From Trichosphaerium sp. ATCC 40318 (Eukaryota > Protista > Tubulinea): DNA of 64,000 nt. The translations under genes were made by a program, and so were the position numbers. Location of the stretch: assembly GCA_038496445.1 (NCBI GenBank), contig JALMLS010000507.1:715601-779600 (forward strand), in the 5' to 3' direction. A model generated the notes under the pieces. That model made no database searches and was not told where the DNA came from. It worked only from the letters and a program-made list of their open reading frames with translations. Below, piece by piece: positions 28,101-40,693 of this stretch (its first letter is position 1; every line of letters begins with the position of its first letter).

Positions 28101-28847
28101 CTAAGGTATGTACACTCCTTAGTTTACACTATAGATTAACGGCAATAGGGTGGATTGGATGATTCGGATATGGATGAAGAAGAAAAAGCAGCGCTTGCAA
28201 TGCTTGGCTCTACACTACAAACCAGTAGCTCAATCGCTGATTTGAAACCTGGAACGAACTACAAAACGCTAAGAAAACGAGTCGGTACCAAGTTGAATAT
28301 AATGAAGGAAGTTTGGGAAGAAGATAAGTTTTGGGAGCAACGTGAAAGAAGTTCAACTGTTTCACGTGCGTTTTCTTACACCTATATGATTACTAGTCGT
28401 TTACCCAGTGTAACTCTCTTAACAGGGTTCAAGAAGAAGTCTCCAAAGGCAGAGCCTGTTTCTCCTCCAAAAAGCGCTAGGAAGCCTCCTACGGCTTCGG
28501 AAGTGCATAAAAAACAAGCCAAGAAGAAAGCACAAAACAAACAACGACGTAGGACAGTTGCTATAGGCGTACGCTTTTAAGGTTTTTTACTACTTAGTGG
28601 TCACTAAATCTCTGTTGTAAAGACATTCAAAGATGGAGTTCCAGGTATACCGAAGGCACAATCATCGTTCAAGCCAAAAAGCAAGTCAAGACGAAGGTCA
28701 GGTAGAGGATCAACACGCTCGTCTAAACGATCGTCTGCAAGAGCCAAAAAGAAAGACAAGGAAGGTGGAACACTGAGGACAAAGAAGAGTAAACGTTCAA
28801 AGCGTGACTCTGAAGAAGAAAGAGCTATGCAAACTACGAAGTTGTAA
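22151..28847 (+). CDS. Formin (GBD/FH3-like - WD40 propeller - FH1 - FH2 - basic tail)
   Basis: FH1 polyproline 25700-25810; FH2 motifs LDWVKL..GTIWS, LGKAEQY, ILALGNVLN..GKAQGFKLGS, YFGE..DDFF; WD-like repeats 24300-25560 (IWCGT, VWSGD, VWTTGQD); start and N-terminal exons uncertain. Confidence 0.8.
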
Positions 28848-29058
28848 AACAGCTCTTTTTTAGTTCCTTGCCGCCTTATGAAATGTTTTACTTTGGTTGT
28901 TGTTCTTAAATAAACCTTGTACAGAAAATACTGCTCACATTACATCATTTAAATATATAGCTATTGAGCGCGTCGTGCACAAAGGAGACAAAGGTGTGAG
29001 TGTGAGTCAAAGAAATTTGATTTGATTTCGCCTAAATTTAACAACAACCCGTTTGGCG

Positions 29059-30238
29059 ATGAGTCTGATCCAGCTAAAAATATCAATTATTGGCGGTACT
29101 TACTCTATATTACGTCTACTTCTTACGTTTCCTTTGTAGATGGCGCAGTTGGGAAAGCACGTGTCCACTTTTTTTTTATTATTTATTTAATCACGTGTTT
29201 TAACGAAGAATTAGACGTGCTTGGCTACTGTACTAAGCGGAATGGATTTTAGCGGTAAATAATAAAAAGAAAAACCTTTAAAATAACTAAACTCTTGCTG
29301 ATATACTAGGATTTAGGTGACTACATGTGCGTAGTTTTGTTGGGCGTTTATTATCTTACTTTTTGAATAAAAGACCTACGGAATTTGATCACTACTCAGT
29401 GTTAGAGTGTATTGATGGCTACTATGTACAAGTAACGCTAACAGACACAGTACGCAAAGTGTTCATGCTTTATTTGTTGAACCTGGGATTAATTTTAGCC
29501 TGGACAATCAGAAGTATTGGCTAACTACAGACCAAAAGCATACGAAGACACAAACGTTTTCTTGATTTGGTACGAACATCAAAAATCCATAAACAAAAAT
29601 TGGCTTCTTAATCTATGACCCTTAGTTTCTCTCTGCTTAATAATGTATCATTGGAAAATGCTGCTGATATGTACGTTATAATTCACGTGTCTCCGAGTTT
29701 GATTAGTGCTAATGGAAACAAATAAAAGATGGTACAAAGGAGTGAAAAAAAAGATGGCTGATGTACCTATTCTTCTTGTTGGTACACAAAAAGACCTTTA
29801 TGATAAGAAAGAGTTCAAGGATACTGCAAGTTTTAGACCAGTATCAAGAGAACAGATAGTAAACATGAAAGCAAAAATAAATGCGAGGGAATTCAGTACG
29901 CAAAAAAGATCTGATCACGTGAAAGACAAAGTTGTATTTTTTTTTCTCACTTTTAAATTTAGTTGAAGTGAGCTCTCTTACTGGCACTGGCATGAAAGAG
30001 TTGTTAGAGAAAGCGTGTAAGCTTGGACTAGAATCACATTTCGAAAGTTTGAGAATTCTGCGTAGTGGGTATGAACAAGCAATTTTTTTTTGTTGAAGTC
30101 TCATCTACTTATACACTTAGGCAAAAAAATCGTCGTCTTGAGTTTATAAGGTCCAACAGCAAAAAGAAAGGGGCTAAACCAAAAACAAGGAGGAGTAAAT
30201 CATCCAGGCCAAGGGCTTCCACATCGAGCAAAACTTAA
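29059..30238 (+). CDS. Divergent Rho/Rac-family small GTPase
   Basis: G1 GDGAVGKT (across a GC-AG intron), switch I PTEFD, G3 DTPGQ, G4 LVGTQKDL, G5-like EVSSL; polybasic tail without CAAX. Confidence 0.85.
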
Positions 30239-30493
30239 GATTCCGTAGTTTGTTCATGGTAATGTACCTCTACATACACAATTGGTAGTAAAAAACAAGG
30301 TTGGTTTTACAAAGGTATTTCACGTTGTCGTTTACACTCATGCCTGACGCGTGATATTAAAATTAATGTACACGTGCTTGAATACATAAAAAAGTTCTAC
30401 ATTTGAGTACATACCGCCAAAGTTGATAAGAAACTCCACAAAAAAGTAGGTCTACCTTAACTTGTGTAAGTCAGACAAATACCCGTAAAGAAA

Positions 30494-33015
30494 ATGGGTG
30501 GTAAGAACGGAAAGGAAGCTGGTGAGGCTACAGCTCACCTAGCACCGACTGTACCAGTATCAAAGCTTCACAAACATACAAACTGTACAAAAACGTCATA
30601 AAATAACGTAACTCGTCCTAGTTTCGCGTGAACAAGTTAATAACTTGCTGGAGAAGTTTAAATCACTTCCATTGAATACTTCCAAGTCAGGGCTTGATTT
30701 TGATGGCTTCAGAGCGCTATTTAACCTACCAAAGAGCTCAGTATCTAGACAATGCTTTAACGTACTCAAAAGACGACATTTTAATAATTTTTGCTTTCTA
30801 CAACAATATGTAACGCCTTTTTAGCTTTTTGACGCAAACGATGATGGTACTGGAGTATTCTCTTGATCTTTCAAACATTTTGACACCATTTCAGGTATTG
30901 TAGACTTTCGAGACCTTGTAGCTGCCCTTTCAGTGTGCCATAAGGGCTCTCTTGAGGATAAACTCGTCTGTACGTTGTTATCTTTAAGAAACGTCAAAAA
31001 CTGCTATCACGTGGGTAACTCACTTTTTTTTTTGGGTAACAGTTTGTTTCAACTTGTGGGACTTGAATAGTACTGGGTATATCTCAAGGGAAGAAATGCA
31101 TGCAATGATTAACTACCTTGTTCGCGTTGGTGACATTCTTCTTCGCGATGAAGACGCAGGTAGACGTATGAGGTACTTGGTCGGTTATTGCTTTCATTGT
31201 AGTAATGTTTTAGTGCTGAGCTTGTGCGCTCTGTTGGTGGTGAGGAGAGCGCAGAGCCAGAGAGGAAAGTCGAACTAGAGCATCAAGAAATTAAAGGAAA
31301 GATGTCCAAGGAGGAAAAAGCTCAGAGGGTAGAGCGTCTTGTTGATGAGATGTTCGAAGCTGCTGACAGAGAACAAAATAACATCGTAAGTCTCAATTTT
31401 TTTTATTGTACCTTTAGACGTCTACAGCCAACTGAACAATCATCTGTTTAGATTTCTTTCAAAGAATTCAAAGGCTGGGCAAAGAAAACACCACTTGTCA
31501 CAGAGTTTTTGAAACACTTTAACGTCTTTCTCGCGGATACTGATGAGAATTATGGAGAAATTAACTTACACTGGATAGTACGCTATAACATTCTACTATT
31601 ACTAGCATTCAACAACGTATTAAAGTATAAATTGTAGGAAGAGAAAGAGAGACTTCTTGAGTACGAATCTCCAAATTGGGATCAAAAAGAGTCAGAATTT
31701 ATAAAGAAAATAGAGTTAGCAGATTTACACAAGCTTGGTAAAATAGGTATATTAGTGATTAGCTTTAATGTACGTATTTAAATCATACTATAGGTTCTGG
31801 TGGTTTTGGTGACGTTTTCTTGGTTCAGTATAAAGATACAGAAGTATACTTTGCTTTGAAACAAATCAAAAAATCTTACTTGAAAGATCGAACAAAGCAT
31901 TATAAACTATCTCAAGTACGCCTTGAGAAGGCCATACTTTATCGCGTCAATCACCCATTTGTCATCACTCAGTACGAACCATATTGCTTTAATTAAGTTA
32001 GCATCATAACACTATACAAGGTACCGCTCATGGGAAGATGATGATCACGTGTTTTTACTTTTTGAACATGTTAGCGGAGGTGACTTGACTGGATTTCTTG
32101 CGTACGCTCAATTAGTCGTATTAGTACACTAACGACCATTCTCAGCGCTTTGGGTAATAAATGTGACCTTAACACGTGCAGATTCTATGCTGCTGAGCTT
32201 GTTCTTGCCATTGAGTATATTCATCATGATTTTCGGGTTGTTCATCGAGATATCAAACCTTCAAATGTACTGGTAAGGAATCTCAAAAAGCGCAGTGAAT
32301 TAATTGATTTGAGCTAATGAAAAAACTTTCAAGGTTAACAAATATGGCCATATTCGCCTTGGAGATTTCGGTATATTTTTTGTGGTTTCTTGTTAGCTTT
32401 CTTTTGTAATTAATTAATTTATTAGGTGTTGCTAAGCATCTAGAGCCAGGAGAGAGGTTGGTTTTGTTCTCTTAAGATGATGTTGTTTTTTGACTTTTTT
32501 ATTTTTTAGAACATACACACTATTGGGTACAACTCAATTTATTTCACCAGAGGCACTCATTGGACGTGGATACGACTTTTCTGTGGATTGGTGGGCTCTA
32601 GGAGTATTCATTTACTCGCTTCTTGTTGGAAAAGGGTACAATCATATTTGTCTCTTACGTTGTTTTAACTTAGTGCTACTAGACCTTTTCAACATGCGAA
32701 CCAAAATGTTGTCTATGAAAAGATTCAATCAGGAAAATTCAAGATTCCTAAAGAATTTGACCAAGATACTATAGATCTAATAACCGGATTATTACAACTT
32801 GATCCTGAAGAGCGCTTAGGATGCGGAAAGAAAGGAGCAAAAGATATCAAAGATCATCCATGGTTCAAAGTACGTTCTATTTTTAACTCTGCCACGTGTA
32901 GTCCTTTGCTTAATACTAGAGAACGTATCCTCACACTGCTACCTAGGATATAGATTGGGATGCGCTCTTAAAGGAACAAGTCACTCCACCATTCATTCCT
33001 AGCACTAAGAAATAA
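30494..33015 (+). CDS. N-myristoylated EF-hand (NCS/calcineurin-B-like) domain fused to a PKA-like AGC Ser/Thr kinase
   Basis: MGGKNGK start; EF loops DANDDG, DLNSTGYISREE, DREQNNIISFKE; kinase GSGGFG, ALKQI, HRDIKPSN, DFG, GTTQFISPE, DWWALG, RLGCG..DIKDHPWF..IDW..PPFIP. Confidence 0.85.
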
Positions 33016-33100
33016 AAAACAACCTTTTTTTTGATTTATATTTATACTTATAAGTTCTTTATTTACATGTTGTTCCCAACAACTTGAGTATACTTGTTCT

Positions 33101-34404
33101 CTACATAGTGTTTACGCGAGGTAAGAATATCTCTGCCAACATACACCTGACACTTCCACCACCGATACTCTCAATTTGTGAGATGTCAAACGACAAAAGT
33201 TTACCATGTCTCGAAAGACGTTTTCTCTGAGACTCCGTAAATCCATTGTATGCGCTTTTTGACATTGCTATTATCTTCTCTCCTTTACTATTATGCACTT
33301 GTAATACGTTCCCACAAAATTGTGTAAGTTGTTCTCTTGAAATATTTATTATATCAATGTTACCATTCGTCAAAGCTGTTTGAACCAAGAATTTCTGTTG
33401 AAAAAAAAAAACGTTAACAGGTAGAAGAAAATATGCTTCTCGTCGAATTTTTTTAAATTTATCACTTGTTTTCGCTCGTTTTAGTGCGTTTATGAGGAAA
33501 GACAGTAAAGGAAAGAAAAAAAGATCGAAAAAAAATATTTCGGTTTGTACCTCGTTATCTGGTACAACATCCAAGCATACGACGGCAAAAGTTGCTCCAA
33601 TAGATAGTAATACATTCGTATGATAAATAGGACCGTTTTTGAACCAAGAGTTGAATGTTATTGTTTTACACCCGTATTCTTTTGTAAATTCGCGTAGTAA
33701 CTCCTCGTTACATCTCTCTGATATTGAAGCGTACGCTGTATTTGTTTTATGATCAAAAACTGCTCTGAAATTAGTAATGGCTTTAAAAGAAAAGCAGGCG
33801 GGGTTTTCAGGTCGCTATCGCGCACGTACCAATGACTCCAGTGCCTTCCAAGGCGACTTCGTTTTCTGCGCCAATATTACCAACTGGGCGAACTTTCGAG
33901 ATTAGAAAGCCATTAGATTTCAGTAGTTTTGTAAGTTGTTCTACTCTACGCTCCTTTTTGATAATTTAGTGATCTCATGATTATAAAAAGCAGTAAAGTT
34001 CAAGTACTATTTCTGATACGTACCCTGCGTCTTGTAGCTGCTTTAAGAGGATATACGTAGAGAATTCCACTTGGGGTTGTTGAAAACCAGTTGTTAGGGA
34101 AAACAGCGTCAGGAGTTACCCTATCGTCCTCCTTTTCAAAGACTAGAACTTCTACGTCATTTTCGCGCAAGGTAGCAACCATTCTGTCAAACTCAAGCAG
34201 TGCTTGCTCCCGGACCTGGCGCGTAGACCGTAACGTCTCAGTGTGCATGAATTCATTATCTTGCCCTGTCTCCTCGTTGTACCCAAAATCTTCCGGCTTC
34301 ATCATAACTACTGTTCCAGTAGTATGTGGGTGCGTAAAACTAGCTTGTCTGGATTGTCACGTCAGTAAACTTTTGACAGAGGGAACGTACTGAATGTTGT
34401 TCAT
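33101..34404 (-). CDS. ctlX: Amidinotransferase/pentein family, CtlX-like citrulline hydrolase
   Basis: FGYNEETGQDNEFM, TPDAVFPNNWFST, LEGTG, IYHTNV, IESIGGGSVRCMLAEIF. Confidence 0.8.
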
Positions 34405-34839
34405 ATTACTTAAAAATATAAGGGTTTTTTTAAACCGTCTTGTGCGTCTGCAGCAAAGTATTTTTCTATATTAATCAACGCGGACAAATTTGTGAACATC
34501 CCGTTCAGAAAACAAACGTTCAAGTAAGCGTTTTGTCTTTCCACGTATGTGCGTCAGTCTTTGCTTCGACAAGAATTGGAAGGCGATACTTGCAAAGTTT
34601 TTCTCCCGCAACGATGACCCATTTTGCCCAAACTGTCAAATAGGCGTCTTACGCAAGTCAAAAAAGCGTCAACCCTCGATATTAGGCAACACTTACTACT
34701 GGAGCGTAGTGTTGGAGTATGTGGAATTACAGTCCATACAATTGGCGTACGCACTGACATTTATTCTCAAATAACGTTATGTAGCCCCTCAAAGCTGTTA
34801 TCACCCTCCACAGGCGTATTACGCGCAATATAATTCTCC

Positions 34840-35433
34840 AAATGGTAGAAAACGCAAAGCCATAGCACAACCTCCTCCAATTCATCCTGGTTGGCAAGGA
34901 AGTCATCAAATGGGTTTCCAGTCTCAAAAACTAGCTGGCAAGCACAAGAATCACGTTCAATCAGTTAGCGCGTATTATCAGCCCACGCAACCGCAAGACG
35001 CTGCGCCAGTACCACAAACGGCTAAAAAACAAAAAACGTCGTATATAACCCAACAGGCAGTTTCTACGCCCACTGACGCTCAAACGAACGACATGCAAGA
35101 AGAACTTCAATTTAACGAAGAATTAGTAGCAAGATTCGCAAAAACGAAATTAAGACGTCAAGAACGTACGTAAAATATTCTTGTATTCCCTCCGTCCGTT
35201 AATAGTTGTATCAAGGAGAACGTAAACGTAAAATTGAAATGAAAAAAGAAGCAAGGGCTCTAACCAAAAGAGGACGCTTTGTGAAGGCGAACGAAATACT
35301 AGAAGTAGATGAAGACAGCGTAGGCTACGGGTACAATATAAGAAAGATGCAATGATAAAGTTTAACCGGTTTTTTTTTAGATCACATTCGGGTGCAATTA
35401 AAAAAATTGAAGATTCATTAGACAAGGACTTTA
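34840..35433 (+). CDS. Hypothetical protein, weak Gemin8 C-terminal resemblance
   Basis: Q/P-rich region then LQFNEELVARFAKTKLRRQER..IKKIEDSLDKDF; 5' and 3' limits uncertain. Confidence 0.3.
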
Positions 35434-37374
35434 ACAGCTTGTGTAAAAAACTAAAGCCAAGTGTATGGCCTGCACTATCTCTATCAGTTTAATAGCTTGT
35501 TTAAACTCCACAAACAATTGAGCCACGCGATAATATTCGGCGTGGTTTAGAAAAAACAGAAATGAGTCAGGATAGTCGAAAAGAGATGAAGAATGTACAG
35601 AAGTTTTAATGAAGAAATAACGGAAGCATATAAGAACAACGAAAGCCATCCTATTACTGACATAAATTGTATATTACAACTACTCAGTCTATTATTTTGG
35701 TTTGCAATTAATTGTTGTACTCTTTGGTAGGAGAAAAAAAAAAGAGGATCATCACTCACACGGAATGTCGGTACGTTGAGGTCCGTTTCAACGGTAGTGG
35801 GGTTTTGTAACGCACCCGTGCAGAGTAACTTTGAAGCCTTCCCTTAGCGACTCATAGCTCTTATGAATTCCATTACGACGCGATCGCCCTCACACCGTAA
35901 CACAATTGCACGCCTTCTACTACAGGATTCCGTCCCGCTGGCGGTTGTGGAATTGGATAATGCTACCCAACTTCCACACTAACAAAAAAATCGAAAATCC
36001 TTTTATAGTTGGATATTTTGATCAAAAATAAATTGTGGTATACAATGTTTTGCTCAAAACGCGATCAAATAGCGTCTAAGCGGTACTATACGTGCGTTGG
36101 AAGGTAGTGGGGAGCGATACGAGGATTTCTAAAACTCATTTAATTGTGTGAAGTATTGTAGTATTCGGATCTTCTGAACTTTCTTGAAACTTACTCTAGA
36201 TCACTAGAAAGCACCTTATAATATTCTCTACACTACTTTGCACGTATTTAGGATTAGTATTAGGATGCTGTGGCAACGGAAATCATTGAAATTTCAGACT
36301 TGTGATTTAACTAAAAAAGAAAGCCTGTTTTGCAAGCATTTACTAATCGTGTACGATCGTTTATATCGCTGGTACGTACTGATAGGTCGTGCTATATGTA
36401 ATATAGTGCTATTTTTAAACAATTCTTTTCACACAAATACGCCAACCAGGGTGGTGCGCATTATTGAGACCACGCTCAGCATATTTAACACAGATGGAAT
36501 TGCATAAAACCAAAATCAGCTTATTATCGATGTAGAAACCGAGCCTAATACCGGTTACAAAGCCTATTAGTTTTCTTGGTGCGTTCAATATTGTGCATCA
36601 TCGCTAGTAGGTCTACGAACCGGTGAGCCGAGGAACAAGGACTGCGGAAAACTCTTCATACGGACAAAACCAATGTTCTTTAGTTCCCAGTATTAAAGCG
36701 TTTCCTAAGCAGTTTTGAAAGACATTTTGGATGACTTGAGTAGCTAGTCTTACCTAAAGCTATCAGATGCAATTTCAGGCGTCCCTGAAGCGTCCAATGC
36801 AGTTCAAGTGTCATTTACGCACCTTTTGTTGTTCTCTACAAAATGCAACCAAAGGTAAAATCGATGGCGGGAATAGTTTCTCGATAAGACACATAGTCGT
36901 GAGTGTGTGCCTGGTATTGATTACATCTTTCTCTCACTCTGGTCCTCACGCTAAAAATACACGTGAAATTAAAACCACTGACTGATACCATATTTACGTG
37001 GAGAAAAGCTCACTATGTTGATATTTCCAGGATCGTTAGCTTCCTTCTTGGCATGTAACCCGAGGGCATCGCGCAGCTCCTAACGCCACGAATAGGAAAG
37101 CACGCCTAGAAATAGAACTTATTACAGCTACGCAGCTGATGGGGGCCTTAACACTGTATTTTAGACGCAAAGTCAGCGGACTAGAATTGAACATGGCAAC
37201 GAATTCTGTTTCTATGCAATTTGTTGCGCGTAGAAGTATTGAAAGCGCAACAGATATTACATTTAGTACAAAATAAGCGTCATAAACACAAATCGCAACT
37301 GCTTGCAAACGCGACGCAAAACTCTACAAGAACTACCCAAAGCGCTTAGATAATTGAACATCTTTTTCACCCAT
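35431..37374 (-). CDS. Hypothetical multi-exon protein
   Basis: Exon-like frames flanked by GT..AG (e.g. EKDVINTRHTLTTMCLIEKLFPPSILPLVAFCREQQK; RVQQLIANQNNRLSS); no recognisable domain. Confidence 0.4.
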
Positions 37375-37808
37375 GCTTCAAGTGTTGACTTCTTTACAGT
37401 AACCTTTACAGTACCAGACATGCTAATGTAGCGCTGTGTTTGTCACCTCAGACACCAACCATAGTGATAGAGTTAGCTTGACTTGGTGGCTAATTGCAGT
37501 ATAGTATTGTTTTGTGATGAAGTGGCAGACGTAGTAATGTTCTTCTCTTCCGGGTGTCTTCATCACCAAAGATTATGTAGAAACCAAGAGTGCTTCCTTT
37601 CTCGACCTGACATATAACTCAAATAAATCCACGAAGTACACAATCACAAACTGAATGCTAAAAGATGGTCAAGTTACTCTACATGTTCAAACTTTTTCTG
37701 AAACAAAAACGTCACGTGCTCACTACAATGCCTTTTTTGACTGACTTACACAAACACTTCAACAAAACTACCCAACGCGTACAGTTTAGATATTCCTTCA
37801 CCTAAATC

Positions 37809-39079
37809 ATGTCTAACAACGCGCTGCCACCCTTTTCTATGCGCGGTAGTCGGTTTCCGCAAGAAACGTACCTGGGGCGTGTTAAATCGTTCCTTCACGT
37901 TGTAGACCCTCGCACACTTGCACCAAAGCTCTTTTTTGGCCGATCTCTTGAAGAGAGCATAACTCTTTTGAAACAGTTTCAAAATGGAACGATAAGCGAT
38001 AAAATAACGAATGCAGAACTATGGGAGGCTAAAAAAATAAAGGATGCAGCAATACATCCTGACACCGGTAACGTCGTGCCAATGCCATTCCGGTACGCGC
38101 AAAACGTTTAAAAACGCAGCACTAACGCAAGAAAGGATGTCTGGGTTTATTCCATTTGGTACACCAATTGTGGTGCGTTATAATTCTCCTTGACACGTAT
38201 ATTAATCGTAAAGGTTGGCATGCTCCTGCCAGGACCAACTACGCTCCAAACAATAATGTGGCAAACTCTAAATCAAAGCCACAATGCTTGTATCAATTAC
38301 TGTAACGGCAACGCTACGCACCCCGCACCCACGCACACTGTGGTGCAATCGTACTTTGGTACGTATTATTGAATTGAACATCAAATGACATTTCTAGCTG
38401 CCGTTTTCGCTGCTGTAGCGATCGCTGTGTCGCTAAATAAGGGAATAGCCGCCGCAAGCAAGTACGTTGGACACTTCTTTCTTAAATTACAGGATGATTT
38501 TAATGTCGTAACACCTTTGTAGACTACCACAAACAACACGGTTTTTTATTCAACGCTTCGTTCCATTTCCAGCGGTTTCACTATCAGGCGTATTGAACGT
38601 TCTACTCATGCGTAAACACGAATTTAACGATGGGATTGATGTAACAGACGAGGTGGGTAACGTTGTAGGCACTTCAAAGATAGCAGCGCGCCAAGCTCTG
38701 TTCGAAACGTCATTATCAAGGTACGACATTTTGACACGACCCTTTCCGCAATAAGCTTGATATAAATAGCCCTGACATGTTCTAGAATAATTTTACCGGC
38801 TCCTGTGCTAATCTGTTCACCTGTTATAATCACACTAGGCGAGAAGTTTTTGCCTATTTTTAAACGATTTCCTATCATTTGTCAAGGCATTGTAGTGATA
38901 TCCATGTTCAGTTGCGCATTACCTTGCGCTATTGCGCTATTTCCACAACGTTCAATGATGAACGGCGTAGTAAGTAATTTTAGTACATTACGTAGTTTAT
39001 TAGATAAAATTGACGTGTTTAGGATATGGAACCTGAATTCCACAAGCACGACAACTTGTATTTTAATAAAGGGCTTTGA
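37809..39079 (+). CDS. SFXN: Sideroflexin (mitochondrial serine/tricarboxylate carrier)
   Basis: [66 protein letters not shown]. Confidence 0.92.
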
Positions 39080-39311
39080 GGGCTTTTATGCTTCCAGACA
39101 ATATCAATTTTGATGTTACGTGCAGTAACGAATCTATTTATCTTCCACGTACCACAAGTCAACTAGAGTTTCGCTTGCTACACTTGACGTATTTAGCTCC
39201 GCCGCTGTCTTTGCTTGGTACTAGCTTAACACGTTAAGACATTTTAAAGTTATATTTAAACTTCAAGGAGTATTTTTATTCTACCACAACAAGATTGCAA
39301 CACGTTAGATC

Positions 39312-40132
39312 ATGGATAAGATTCCTATTTTACGTAGAAGCGATTATTTTGGCTCTGAATCCGAACTGGTGACGCTTCGCGTCGAAGGGAGAGATATTTT
39401 TGCGCATAGCTTAGTTCTTACTATGTGGTCGCCTGTGTTTGGCTCTATGCTTAACACAGACATGAAAGAAGGGCAAAAAAAGGAAATAGTGCTTAAGGTG
39501 CCTAACCGCTATCTTTGTACACCTTTAACTCGTTGTAGGGCAAGTATTTTGACGATGTTTGCGAGCTAATAAAGCAAATGTACCCGCTTCCGCCACCAGT
39601 GACGCTTGACAATATTTTGGCGATTGCTCCACTGGCGCGTGAGTACATGATGATGCCTTTGGTGGAGATATGTGATTCATTTTTAGAAAACGCTTCACCA
39701 TCACCAGGTACGCTCCACGTGAGATTATCTAAGCTTCAGTTTTGGGAGTTTTTTTGACATGTACCTTTAGAAATCATGTTGGCAACTGATATGGCGGGTG
39801 AAGCATTGGAGCACCTCATAAATAATAGGTTCATACAATGGGCCGAAGAAAATATAGAGCTTGTACCCGAGATATGGCGTGCGCTTTCGCCTACAACGAG
39901 GCAAAAGTTGGTCAACTTTTTAGCAAAGCGCTCACCTGTAAAAAAAGAATATTTTCGATTCGCTAAAGAAAGAGTTGCCTCATCTGATGCCTTCTACGAC
40001 AAGCTAGCAGAGTTTGCTAGCTCCAAAGGTCTCATCAAAGTAGGTAGTTTGTACGACGACTCCACAATGATTGTCAAAATACCTTCCTTCGATGCTGCTT
40101 TTCACTTTGAGCCCTTTTTGGGTGAGCCATAA
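39312..40132 (+). CDS. BTB/POZ domain protein
   Basis: LVTLRVEGRDIFAHSLVLTMWSPVFGSML..DMKEG..KEIVL; NILAIAPLAREY. Confidence 0.85.
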
Positions 40133-40693
40133 TAGGCTAAGTAAACCCACACTGTGAACCACTATGTAATAAAAAGTTGTACCAGCGCTTTTGTCTGTTT
40201 GTCTATCCTTACGCTATTTCTCTATTTGTGGACCGCAGACTACAACTTTGCTTCGCTGCTATGAAATAGCTTCACCAAAGCGGATGCGGTCAGTCTGTAC
40301 TCCTTTCGTTGCTTTTGGGTGTTGCACTTTGAAGTTTTTTGAAGTGGACGCCAATAGCTAGTTTTTTGCTTGGCAGCACGAACATTTTGGCCGTAGAACG
40401 GAATTCTTTATCGGTGGCTGAATCCCTTGTTACGAAGAGGAGCTTGCCAAAGTGTTGGGTCTGGGTAAACTACAATTTTTTTCACGTGAAAAAATGGTTT
40501 TCATGAGACCACCCAATGTATATGTACAACGCGTTCATACATGATTGAGATTATGTAGCAGAATGTGTCGCAATATCTGTAGACTGTAAATTTTCAGTGC
40601 AAGTATTTATTCAGTTTTTTTATCGAAAAAAAATACAAGAGGTTTGCAATCACGGAACACTACAAGCAACTTCGAGATTCTGCCACGTTCGAA

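Noticed and set aside
35740-35990. GC-richer patch as a possible structured ncRNA (RNase P/MRP, U3)
   Set aside because: Conserved boxes not found; it can be read as minus-strand exons with GT-AG introns
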